A DNA stretch of 64,000 bases. It comes from Octopus bimaculoides (Eukaryota). The position numbers were made by a program, and so were the translations under genes. Below the pieces are notes generated by a model. That model ran no database searches. It was given only the letters and a program-made list of their open reading frames with translations, and was not told the DNA's origin. Positions 24,056-35,571 of the stretch are shown here, in pieces. The stretch lies in assembly GCF_001194135.2 (NCBI RefSeq), contig NC_068985.1, forward strand, positions 92,598,375 to 92,662,374, read 5' to 3'. Position 1 is the stretch's first letter; every line of letters starts with the position of its first letter.

Positions 24056-24235
24056 AATTTAACACACTCACTGGTAAAATTTCCACTTATTTCTTTTTCT
24101 TTTTTCTAAAATCTTCGTTGCATCTTGCAACCTTTTCAATAGTTTTAAGTCAAAACTATTGAAAAGGTTGCAATGAAGATTTTAGAAAAATAAAAAAGAA
24201 ATGAGTGGAAATTTTACCGGTGAGTGTGTTAAATT
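24056..24235. repeat. Long near-perfect inverted repeat (~85 bp arms, ~5 nt loop)
   Basis: aatttaacacactcactggtaaaatttccac..ccttttcaatagtttt / aaaactattgaaaagg..gtggaaattttaccggtgagtgtgttaaatt. Confidence 0.95.
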
Positions 24236-24439
24236 TATATGCATTTTTTTTTTGTTTTTTAAATCAGCATCATTTGAGATGATCCAAAGCAAGAATTCTA
24301 CTTACTTTATCCCTGACTGATTCATAAAGGTTATGTATCTGTTCCCTTCAAAACACAATATAAATCAAACTTTTTTCTTCCCTGGTAAATCTGTGTTATT
24401 GATTTACATAAAACTAGACCTTCTCACTAATTCTCATAG

Positions 24440-24685
24440 TCATATAAAAAGAACATGGGAATTTACACACATTATTGGAAATATCCGTAGTCGTTGGAAG
24501 AGCTTCAGAATGTTGCTTTCTATAAATTGAAGGAAGAAGTTCCACACATAAAGATGGATAACACGAAACAGAAGATAGAAGCATGATGCAGATGACAGCA
24601 TGGTTATGGAAGCAGAGGATACCCATTATCTAGTGACTATAAAAGGAGCATGTATGACTTCTTGAACTCACGAAGGGAATACCAG
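24440..24685 (+). pseudogene. Exon-like 246-nt block with three in-frame stops
   Basis: CACTAAT branch-like motif plus TCTCATAG acceptor, CAG|GTAAAG donor, purine-rich; phase-0 frame broken by TAG 24488, TGA 24584 and TGA 24593. Confidence 0.3.
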
Positions 24686-27134
24686 GTAAAGTCTGAATAG
24701 AATAGGAAGTGAAAGCCATTAATTGCTGCTTGAAAGCAGGGAGGCTGTTATTGTGTATAGTGAAAGTGAATTAACTCTTCCAGTGCCACATTGTCAATGG
24801 CCTACCTGTTCCAGTGATGCTGTATTTCATTATTATATAATATATTAGCGTAGTCAATATGGAGCTTTTATTTTACCAGTTTTGAAGAAGCCATTTTTAT
24901 CTGGACATGTTGTTCTTTAGATTCAGTTCATTCTTGATCAAACAGTCTTGCAATCAAACATTCTACCTGTGACCATCCTGTCATTTTACATATAATTAAT
25001 CTCCAATGTGTGTTTTTCTTTCTCTTTTCTTTTTTTTCTACGATTAATGCAGTGTGATTTGTGAGACATATGACTGTTATTTCTAGCAGATTATGTGACT
25101 ATAGTGGAGGCTTCCTTGTTGGTTTGTTTACTAGAATATGGTTGAATATGTATGGCAACATCTGGTAACTTAACTGAAATCGCATTCATCAGTAAAAGAG
25201 TTTAGGAGAATAGGTCTGTCATCAGTCTCAATTTTTAGAGAGAAATTGAAGAAATAGGAACTCAAAATTAAGATAGAGGACCTTGTTTTTTTATATATTT
25301 TTTTTACACCTTTTCCTTATCACATTTTCCGTTGATAAGTGGAGTTGAATTAAACATTCCAAGCTAACTTCTTGTCAGTTTTAGAGAGACGATGAGCTCT
25401 TACTGCATAATTGTATGTACAACTATTCAAACTAAGCCACTGGATGGATGGTTGCTTTAGTCAGGGACACAATCTAGTGTTAGGAACAATATACAAACTG
25501 TTTGTATGCTGGTTGGTGGTATGGTACCCTGTTATATGCACTCAACGTCTGTGTAGATAGAATTTGAAAATAGCCGGAAAAAATTAAACTGAAAAATAAA
25601 TATCTGTGTAATTGGAAGATTGGTGTTTAACACCAGTTTCCCCACATGAAGTGAATAAGAGACAATCTCGAATGGAGAGGATGTGGGTTTACTGCTGATA
25701 ATGCTAGCAGATGATTGAGTATTTGTTCTCAATAACTTGGTAAATTGAGACAGCATCGAATGAAGTGATCTGTGCAGAAACACAACAGAATGTGAACAGC
25801 AGATCTCAACTTATTGAACCGTCAGCAGATAATTGAATACCTTAGCCGTTCAGCCATTCCTGCTTCTGTTGACCCATAGAATGGGATTAATACACACAGA
25901 TGCCATCTTTCAGCATCATATGGGAAGGCTTATGATGTTGCTCTTAATTATCTGTTTGGTGGGGAGTTGTATTAGAAGGAAGATATTTCTCTGACTAATG
26001 TGTGTAACTAACTTTGAGTAAGAAAATATAGAACATTTTATCTTGAAATTGAAATCTGTATAAATATATTCCGGCTTCTCAGTTCTGTTAGATTTTAAAA
26101 TAGACCAGGATAAGTACTAAAACAAGATCTGATTGCTAGGTTTCACACTAGAAATCCTGATTGCATCATCTTCTTTCTATACCTGAAACAAAATTTAAAG
26201 TGATAATAAAATAGGATATAAAATGTCTATTTAAGAAAGTCAGATCATCTCTGGGAAAGTTATTTTTGTAAGACTCCATTTTTATCATGATGCTGTAGGT
26301 GTCTGTCTAACTAACAAACAAATGTTTATTGATATCTACTTGTAGCCCAAGGAAAGAGGACAGCATGAATGCCACAACTGTGAAACTTTACACAATACAT
26401 ATAATTCCTCCTATAGCCACAAAGTTGTTATATATTTAAAACAGGGTTGGCAAAAATAACAAAGAACAATGGTAAATAAAATGCAGAAAATACTTGCAAT
26501 AAATATATATGTAAGGTGTTTGCTCTAGACACAAATGTTGACTTAGTTTTCCTTTCTTAATAATTAAGTTAAATCTTTGCAGTATATATATATATAACAA
26601 AAAAAAAGTTAGTATATCTTTTTGAATGCCGATGGTTGAAAATATTATTAGTGAATGCCAACTGGATAGTAACTCTTAAAGATTTTGTTTCAGTTTCCAG
26701 CATAAAAGTTATTTTCACTGAAAAAAAAAGTGCATATATATAAACAGACACACAAAAAATAAAATGAAAATAAGACATTGAAAGAAATGGTAAATATAAG
26801 AATTTATGTGCCATATATGGTGTTATCTATGAATGGGTTCATTAAAACTTGAATTATTTGTTCTGTTGATCAAGATACATGACCTTCCATCAATAGACAG
26901 TTGATTAGAATCCAGCATACCAGACTATCAGTCGTTACATGATACATTGTTCACAAAAATTACACATAATCATTTTATGATAAAAATCTAGTAATTTTAT
27001 TTAGAATTAAACATACGATAACTATAGTTACTGCCTGGGTTTGTAACTGATGACAACTAATATTTTCAGGCAAACATATTTTGGTCTGTCTATCTATCTA
27101 TCTATCTATCTATATCTCACACTATGTATCTAAC

Positions 27135-27320
27135 ATCATCATCATTATCATCAACACCATCAATTAACGTTGGTTTTCCATGCTGCCATGGGTTGGATGG
27201 TTTGATAGCTGGCGAGGCTGGTAGCTGTAGCAGGTTCCATTGTCTGTTTGGCTTGGTTTCTACAGCTGAATGTCCTTCCTAGTGCCAACCACTTTACAGA
27301 ATATGCTAAGTGCTTTTTAC
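27135..27320 (-). mobile_element. Family B element, diverged
   Basis: catcatc..ttaacgttggttttccatgctgccatgggttggatgg..ccttcctagtgccaaccac. Confidence 0.75.
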
Positions 27321-27416
27321 TAAATATCTATATATATAAATAAGATTGTTATTCAAAATACCGATCATATCAAGTGGCCAGCATGGGAATAAAAATGTTA
27401 TAGATAATAATTATTG

Positions 27417-27659
27417 TTAAAATTATAATTAAGGCTTTCTAAAAGATACCACCATGCTAGAGATAGCAGTTAAAACTTGACTCTAAAACCACACCAAGTA
27501 TTCATATAGCACCAGGAGAAAAGATGAATATACAAATAAACTAGCAAAAAGTTATTTCCCCCAGTGCTGTATGAATACTTGATGTGGTTTTAGAGTCAAG
27601 TTTTGACTGTTATATCTAGCATGGTGGTATCTTTTAGATACCTTTAATTATAATTTTAA
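27417..27659. mobile_element. Foldback MITE with ~97 bp inverted arms and TTAA at both ends (Kolobok-like ends)
   Basis: Arms ..tctaaaagataccaccatgctaga..aaaacttgactctaaaaccaca.caagtattcata.agcac.. and their reverse complement, about 90% identical by eye. Confidence 0.85.
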
Positions 27660-28061
27660 GATATATATATATATATATATATATATCATCATCATCATCA
27701 TCGTCATCATTGAATTAATGTCCACATTTCTTTACATGTTTTGGTAAAAATTCATTGAAGTAGATTTTCTACAGCTGGATGCTCTTCTCATTGCCAACCC
27801 TCCCCTGTTTCCAAGCAAAGTAATATTTCTCTTTGAGTTAAACACATTTCAGAATATTGGAAATGAACAACACTGCTTGTATAACACTGATGCTTGTTTA
27901 CAAATTTCATATGATCTCAAGACAAGGAAACATTCACATACACTGAAAATAGGCTTCATTCAGTTTCTCCCCCGCCCAATCTACACACAAGGCTCAGGGC
28001 AGGTCAGAGTTATTGCAGGTGACACCCAAACCACCTGATTGTTAATTTTCTTTTTTTACCT

Positions 28062-28274
28062 TTTTATCATTTTACTTGTTTCAGTCACTGTGGCCATGCT
28101 GGGGCATTGCCTTGAAGAATTTTTAATTCAATGAATTGGTTCCAGTACTTTTTGTTTTCAAAGCCTGATACTTATTCTATTGGGCTGTTTTTCTTAACTG
28201 CTAAGTTATGGGGACATAAACACACCAAGACCAGTTAGCATGTGATGGTGGGTGACAATTACACACACACACAC

Positions 28275-28312
<38 letters not shown>

Positions 28313-28437
28313 GGTGTCCACAAAGTCTGGGTACATGGGGATTAGCACATACTTTAAGAAATTATTATTTCTTATGTTTAATTGTTTATGTTATGATTTT
28401 ATTTACTCCATGTAGCCAGTCTTTGTGGACACCCTGT

Positions 28438-28468
<31 letters not shown>

Positions 28469-28615
28469 ATGGGTTTCTTTCAGTTTCTGTCTACCAAATC
28501 CACTTACAAGTCTTTGGTCAGCCCAAGGCTATAGTAGAAGACACTTGCCCAAGGTGCCATGCAGTGGGACTGAACTCAGAATTATATGATTAGAAAGTAA
28601 GCTTCTTATCTCACA
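28062..28615 (-). mobile_element. Family A-related SINE carrying a MITE in its (TA)n
   Basis: Tail and head match family A; 127-bp insertion in the central microsatellite. Confidence 0.85.
28310..28436. mobile_element. Tc1/mariner-type MITE
   Basis: TA|CAGGGTGTCCACAAAGTCTGGGTACATGG...CCATGTAGCCAGTCTTTGTGGACACCCTG|TA: 29-bp TIRs with 2 mismatches, TA TSD. Confidence 0.93.
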
Positions 28616-28957
28616 CTCATCTGCCAAAATCTTCCTCTGACATTCTTACACAACAATGTTGCCTGTTGTCTTTCTATTGTGTACAATTGGTTGATTGACA
28701 TATCTGATGTAGAATGTCTGTTTAAATCATGTCCTGCAGGAATTTCTATATTATATTGGCAAAGATGTATCAGAAGGGAATACAGACTAAACCTTTGGTA
28801 AAACAACAAGGCTAATAATAATAATAATAAATTTATATAATCTTAAGTATTATTATTATTCTTATTATCAGGTTTGTCATGATGTGTTCCCATGAAGTGT
28901 TTTTAAGAACCTAAATATGGAAGGGAATCAAAGATGTAAACCATCATCCTTAATATA

Positions 28958-29084
28958 GGCAGAGGCAAGGTTGTGTGGCAAGAATCTCTCTACATGACAC
29001 CTTGAGCAAGTATCTTCTGCTATAGCCTCAGGCCAACCAAAGCCTTGCGAGTGGATTTGGTAGCCAGAAACTGAAAGACATCTG

Positions 29085-29140
<56 letters not shown>

Positions 29141-29365
29141 ATGTGTGTATGCATCTGTGTGTGTGTGTGTTTGTTCTTCTGTCACCCCTTGACGACCTGT
29201 ATTGTGTGTTTACATCCCTGTAACTTAGGAGTTCAGCAAATGGATTTATTAAAGAAATACCATTCTTAAAAGAAGAATAAGGAATAGGATTGATTTGTTG
29301 GGCTAAATTTCTTAAAAGAAGCGCCCCAGCATGGCCACAGTCTAATAACTGAAACAAGTAAAAGC
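28958..29365 (+). mobile_element. Family A-related SINE, diverged
   Basis: ttgagcaagtatcttctgctatagcc..ccccagcatggccacagtctaataactgaaacaagtaaaag. Confidence 0.82.
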
Positions 29366-29399
29366 TTTAAAAATGTAAAGCATAATCAAACAATGTCCA

Positions 29400-29770
29400 C
29401 CTTGGCAGGTCCACCTACAGGTGGATGTCCTTATTAATGCCAATTACTTTACAAGAAGTACTGGGGTTTTTTTTTGCATGTGTCTGGCCTTGGTGTTGGG
29501 GGTCACCAAGTGACTTGGAAGACAGGACCCTTCAACTGGGTGGGTGTATAGTATTGAGGAAGTTGAAGGTGTTGATCATTATTTACCATGTTGTATGAGA
29601 TACGATGTACAAGACCCAGGCCAGTGCATGCTGAGCTGGAGGATCCCAGAAGAAATGTCCATTGACACAAGAGCATGAGGATGACCTCATCTTCATTTCA
29701 AGGATGTCTGCAAGACAGATATGAAGTTGCTTCATCTGGACGTATCTGCATCAGATACACTAGGTATTTA
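29400..29770 (+). mobile_element. RTE LINE 3' remnant
   Basis: 29685-29726 translates PHLHFKDVCKTDMK, matching the RTE motif GRP.LR.KD..K.D.K; the rest is frameshifted. Confidence 0.65.
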
Positions 29771-30694
29771 GGCAGGGTATAGTTCAAGTATTAATTCGAT
29801 ATACAAACTATCTGCATAGACATACACAATCAACTTGACTATATTTCTGCTAGTTATCTTTCAATTTAAACCACATGTTTGAAGTTGCAGTTACGTAAAG
29901 AAAAGTTGTACAATTGCTTAGTTTTAAAATTTAATGAAAGTAGATATTTAAAAATCAATATCAAACCTTAATCACTAAGGATCTAAATTTTTTTTAATAA
30001 TTATTATAAATGCACTTAAATCAGCTTAAAAAGCACCCATAATGCAACAGTATCCAAGTGTTATTTGATCAGCAACCATGTTTTTATCTCAAAACACTAC
30101 GTGGAAACTCACAGAGCTAACTCTTCAGATCAAAAATATTGATTTTCCACCGTTTTAAGTACATTAATCATAATAATTTTTAACGAAATCTTTAACAAGC
30201 TTTGTTTAATATTGGTTTTGAAATATACTTCTACTGTCTGTTATATTTTCCTTCTTTTTCTTCATTTATGTTTTTTTTTTACCCCCTAATCGAGTGTACA
30301 ACTTTCGTTGCACGATTACAACCTTAAATACAATCTGTTATTTTTTCCCCCCTGTGAATTGTTTGTTACCAAGTAGAGTGCTGCAAGTCTCCTAGAATTC
30401 TAATGATTATATCTCTATGCCATAATTGGTTGCGTATGTTATTCTGATTCTGCGAGAGCTAAGAACTTGACATTAGTAATCTGAGTTTTTAATGCATTAT
30501 AAATGTTTGATGAGAATTGATGATGCAGGTCAGATTAAAATGAATTAATAGTAGTCCATTGGTGGCATCAGATTTAAGTCAAGGTAAAAAGTCTGCAACT
30601 AAACAATTTCAGATTTATGAATCAATCAAAAGAAATCGAAACATAAGTTAATATAGCAAAGATTAGAAAGATGATTTTTTAATAAATTATCTCA

Positions 30695-31458
30695 TACTTG
30701 TTTCAGTCATTGGACTGTGGTCATGCTGGGGCACCACCTTGAAGGATTTAGTTGAGTAAATTTACTCTTTTACTTGTTTCAGTCATTTGACTGTGGCCAT
30801 GCTGGAGCACCACCTTTAGTTGAGCAAATCGACCCCAGGATTTATTCTTTGTAAACCTAGTATTTATTCCCTCGGTCTATTTTGCCGCACCGCTAAGTTA
30901 CGGAGATGTAAACACACCAACATCAGTTGTCAAGCGATTTTGGGAGAACAAACACAGACACACAAGCATATACATACACACATATATATACATATATACA
31001 ACAGGCTTCTTTCAGTTTCCATCTACCAAATCCACTCACAAGGCTTTGATTGGCCCGAGGCTATAGTACAAGACACTTGCTCAAGTTGCCATGCAGCGGG
31101 ACTGAACCCGGAACCATGTGGTTGGTAAGCAAGCTACTTACCACACAGCCTCCTACACCTAGTACTTATTAAATGTGGTACCTTTTCTGTCAATCACTTT
31201 TTGGCAAACTATTAGTTATATGAGTGTAAACAAACCAACACCAGCTGTCACATGGTGAGGCAAACACAAAAATACATGCACATACACACACACAAGCAAG
31301 GTGGGCTTCCACATAGTTTCCTCAACCAAATTTACTCACTAGGCATTGATTCGCCTAGGGTTGTATCACAAGAAAACTTGCATGAAGCGCTGCACAACAG
31401 AACCGAACCTGAAACCATATGTTTACATAGCAAGCTTCTTAAACACGCAGCCATGCTT
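30695..31458 (-). mobile_element. Young family A SINE (30763-31155) nested in an older related SINE
   Basis: An old tail piece at 30695-30762 resumes at ~31156 after a complete younger copy. Confidence 0.8.
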
Positions 31459-33944
31459 CTTGTTTAGCCCCAGGTCATTCCCTGACTAAGCAAACACATG
31501 ATCAAAGAAAGACATTGGAATCTTTGCACCCCCCTCACTCCCCAACAAACGTGGAACCGTCTGGGTCAAATGAAAGCATCTTATTATTGTTAAATTATAC
31601 GTGATACTAGATAAAATGAAAAATTAATATTGATTTCTTTTCTTAATCTCAATGTAGAAATAGTCAAATTACAACAATAAATGAAAATTATACTATACTT
31701 TGCTTATGTGTATCCACTATAAACCGCCTTTTACAACAGTTGAGCGATTTTTCTCTATATTTCTCAGATGAAAGACTATTTACTGTAATGGTAAAAAGAA
31801 AAAAATGGGTAACTTATTGTCATAATTCCTCTCTGTTATTGCTTCCCTCTACATGCACAGGCTTTGACTGCAAAATACCTGATTCACCATTCTTGATAAA
31901 TACCTCAACAGTAAACGCACAATGCGCATCGATTCAAAAGCAATGGTAAGCCATTAGCTACACGAAGACAATATGAAGGCGCATGGCTGAATGGTTAGTG
32001 TTGGACTCACAACCATGAGGTAGTGAGTGTTATTCTTGGACTGGGCTGAAATGACCAGAACAGAAAGAGGGCTCTAGAGGCATGAGTGGTAAGGGAGGTA
32101 ACAGTAACCAGGAGTTTGTGTGTGGGCAAGCATGTGTGGGTATGACGCTAATGCGTGTATAATGGTCTACACGCGCATGCGTACGTACGCGCGTGCGTGT
32201 GCGTGTGTGAGAGAGCAAGCAAGCACGTATGTGTGTATTAGGTTATCCATATGTGAGTGTATGTGTATTTGCATGCATATGTAAAGCCATTACGTACGTT
32301 TGTGAGTGTGTAGGTCCTTGCTCTCTTTATGCGTTTATATTGCCCTCAGAGTTTTGCGTGTGAGCGCTCAGGAGAAGCTAATGTGTGCTTGTATATACTT
32401 TGTTGTTTGTGTGTGTGTGTGTGTGTATGGAGGCGTTTATGGGTGTTAGGCTATGTGACGTGCGAGTATGAGGATGTAGTATGTGTTACAGTATAACAGT
32501 GGTAGGTGTTGGGAAGTGTAGACGTGTGGTAATATATTTTCTATCTTAAGTGTAAAAATGGATATGGATGTGTTGGTGCTTGTGCGAACGTGGATTAGGA
32601 AGAAGTGTGCATGTCTAGGTGTATGTATATACTGTTTGTGTGCGTGTGTCGTGGAAGGCCAAGTGTTGTGTAATGAGTGTCAATGTGCGTGGAACAAAGG
32701 ATTAAATGAAAAGGGGTCGAGATATTAGATTGTGAGGAACTGGAGAATGGAAAGAGGAAAATACGTTTCTGTTCCAGACGGAAACGGACTCTGGATGTCC
32801 TCTGTGCAAGTCCAGTCGGAGCATAAACAGATGTTACAGAAAATGACCATCCGGGCAGAAATGGTGCGACCGGAGTGTCAGTACCAAGTTTGATGTCCCA
32901 AAGAAGGTGTTTGGACAAACTGGTCAGTGCGTGGCTGATCATTTTCCAGTGTCCGAGGAGTGTTTGTGTATGTATATACACGCGCGCGCACACACAGACA
33001 CACCTCACACATATATAGCAGTGTATTATTAGGATTCTTAGAAGATCCAATACCTAGTCAATAAATCTCTGCAAATAATCGATCCTATAATATATAAGCA
33101 TATAATTAATACTCTGAATCATGGAAATACCATTATGCCCAAGTAAAACGATGTAGCGAGGCTCCTCATGAATTTTGAACCATAGATCTTAGATTTTCAC
33201 AGCTTAGAATCACGACGTACTGCACCACCATAGAAGTAAATTCGTCACTAGGAAAGGTGTTAACTATCTGAATATGACGCGACCAATTAGCACTGACTTA
33301 TAGTTATTATGTTCAATGCCGTAAGCGTAAAAAGAATTATAATAGATTTCCCGCAGAAGAATTTTTCCACCTTGGACAAGAGTCACTCAACCATACTCGT
33401 GAAACTATGTCTCTCGTCTCAGTGAGTTGTCTCTCACCCATTTCACTTTAACATGTTTATGTCGTATTCGACGAAAGTCACTTAATCTTGTAGTGTCTAA
33501 TAATGTTTTTTGGTTATATGCGTTATTCAAAAATCCTTCTACTTTGCCCTCAACAACTACACACTTCTTTCATAATATTATCTTGCATGTTGTCTCACAG
33601 AAGTTTCCCATTATATTCGTAGGTCCATGAATGTTATTCCATTAAATTATATGTACACGTTTAGATATAAACGATACGGGATAACAGAATATACGAAAAC
33701 CCAGTCTTGTCTTCCCATGCAGCTCGTCTAATATTGTCTATGACCAACGTTGTATAAATGATTAACCATTCAATAACTCCAGATAATCTTAATGACGATA
33801 TGCTTTCTTATAACAGTCAATATATCTGCAAAGATGTCCTCTACAAAACACAAAATGTTCAGCTAGTGCCAATACCCTCAAATACTCATTTCGAACCACA
33901 ATGTTTGGGTTTCATTTACAGACCTTAGGTTATAGCCAGCGAAT

Positions 33945-33946
<2 letters not shown>

Positions 33947-33995
<49 letters not shown>
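33947..33995. repeat. (AT)n microsatellite
   Basis: Direct reading. Confidence 0.98.
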
Positions 33996-33998
<3 letters not shown>

Positions 33999-34699
33999 CT
34001 ACCATTATCTAATGCTGCTTTTTAACAATATTTAAACGTGTAAAAGCAGTATTGACTGGAATTGTAAAAGCTCTATAAATACTGAATCATTATTAGTTGG
34101 TTTTTACGGATAGATTTTGAAGCATAATAGAGACTATTTAGACAAATACTGTTCTTATGACCTATAGGTTTATGACCTCTCCATTTATAACCATCTGTAA
34201 CGCTAACATCTTTTAATAAAGTCATTGCAATGTTAGAAATATTGCATTGTGGCGGTGTACTTAGTAAAAGATTGAAATTTTGTAAATATTCAATTAATTG
34301 TAAATTATCATTCATAATATTTGTAATTTGAAATAAATGTTATCTTTATTCATATATATATATATTTATATAAATTTCCAGTTCAATTCATTTATTTCAG
34401 CCATAATAGAACGGCAAATCACAATGTATAAACAGATTAAGAAGTGAATAAACACATTTATAGCAGCACAGGCCGTGAAAGAGGTTAAATTAGAGGAAGG
34501 GCGTCAAGAAATATTTTAGTGGTTCGCCAAACTGAAACAACAGTAGTAAAAACAATAATAATGGTTTCTGGTTTAGGCATAAGGCCAGCAATTTTGAGTG
34601 ACAGGATTCGAACTCACAGCATAGCGATTCTATCAATTCACCGCGTTTTGCTTTTAATTTAGGCAAAAAGCCAACAGTTTTGAGGGAGTATGTTAGTTG

Positions 34700-34784
34700 G
34701 GCGGGGGTAAAGAATACGTACACCATCCGTTTTGGGATTAACACTAACCCTAAACACAGGGTGTACATATTCTCTACTTTTGCC
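34700..34784. mobile_element. Small hairpin/MITE-like element
   Basis: Imperfect TIRs GGC..GTAAAGAATACGTACACC / GGTGTACATATTCTCTACTTTTGCC; the 18-mer GTAAAGAATACGTACACC recurs at 38375-38392. Confidence 0.5.
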
Positions 34785-35299
34785 ATTAGTTGATACCATA
34801 GGCCCAAGTTCTTGTCTGGTACTTTATATTGTCAACCCAAAAGGACGAAAGGCAAATTTGATCCCAAGTAATTTTCAAGCACAACAAAATGCCGGATGGT
34901 ATGTTGTATGTTTTCCGACGTTGTCTTAATGAATGCACTGAGGCCATAGCCCTGATAATGCTGTGTCTTCTGAGTAAAATGAGTTAAGGATGAATATCAG
35001 TAAGAAAATGCAATAGCAAATTAAAATAGACGGCACGGCAACATTTATTTGCGATGCTAAAGTGAATACATCGACTGACACAACAAGTAGAATTCTGTTA
35101 AAAACACTACATGGTTTCAAAATGTCTGTCGAAGTTGAAGATAAATGTTAGAAGAAACACAAAACATTGCGTCAAAGATTCTAGTTACAAATCTCTCTTT
35201 GTTGATGCTGGAAAGTGGAATACACTGCTCTCATTGTCGAAGATCCAACTCATTCGTAGCCAGCGCACCTTATCAGGGAATCAGGGGGGAAGATCGTCC

Positions 35300-35440
35300 C
35301 TTACATCAGCCAATGTAGAGACTGTCAGTTAATCTATCACGTTAAGGGGTGGACAGTCCGCACGAAATCAAATGGACTTGTGACCTTCACGTGATAAACC
35401 AAAAGAAAAAAAAAAGAGACTTGATAGCTAAAGGTAAAAT
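35300..35440 (+). promoter_or_regulatory. Candidate Pol II promoter / first-exon end
   Basis: CCAAT 35310-35314, GGGGTGG 35346-35352, TCACGTGA 35387-35394, AAG|GTAAAA donor at 35433/35434, in CpG-retaining unique sequence. Confidence 0.3.
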
Positions 35441-35571
35441 ATTACAACGTGGGTAGCGAAAGGCAAGGAGTTACTATGCTTCTACTACACTTTCTTAGAA
35501 AACGAACTAGTTTGCATCAATATAATTCTTATTTCTTCAGCATAGCTTTGGACAGTTTAGTTTGAAAGAAA

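Noticed and set aside
24414-24626. 70-aa minus ORF with a signal-peptide-like start (MGILCFHNHAVICIMLLSSVSC)
   Set aside because: Hydrophobicity is expected from the antisense of a purine-rich strand; no cleavage-site pattern or family support. It remains an alternative reading of the 24440 block.
34865-35020. Minus-strand ORF MASVHSLRQRRKTYNIPSG
   Set aside because: Runs directly into a decayed family D SINE; no donor site.
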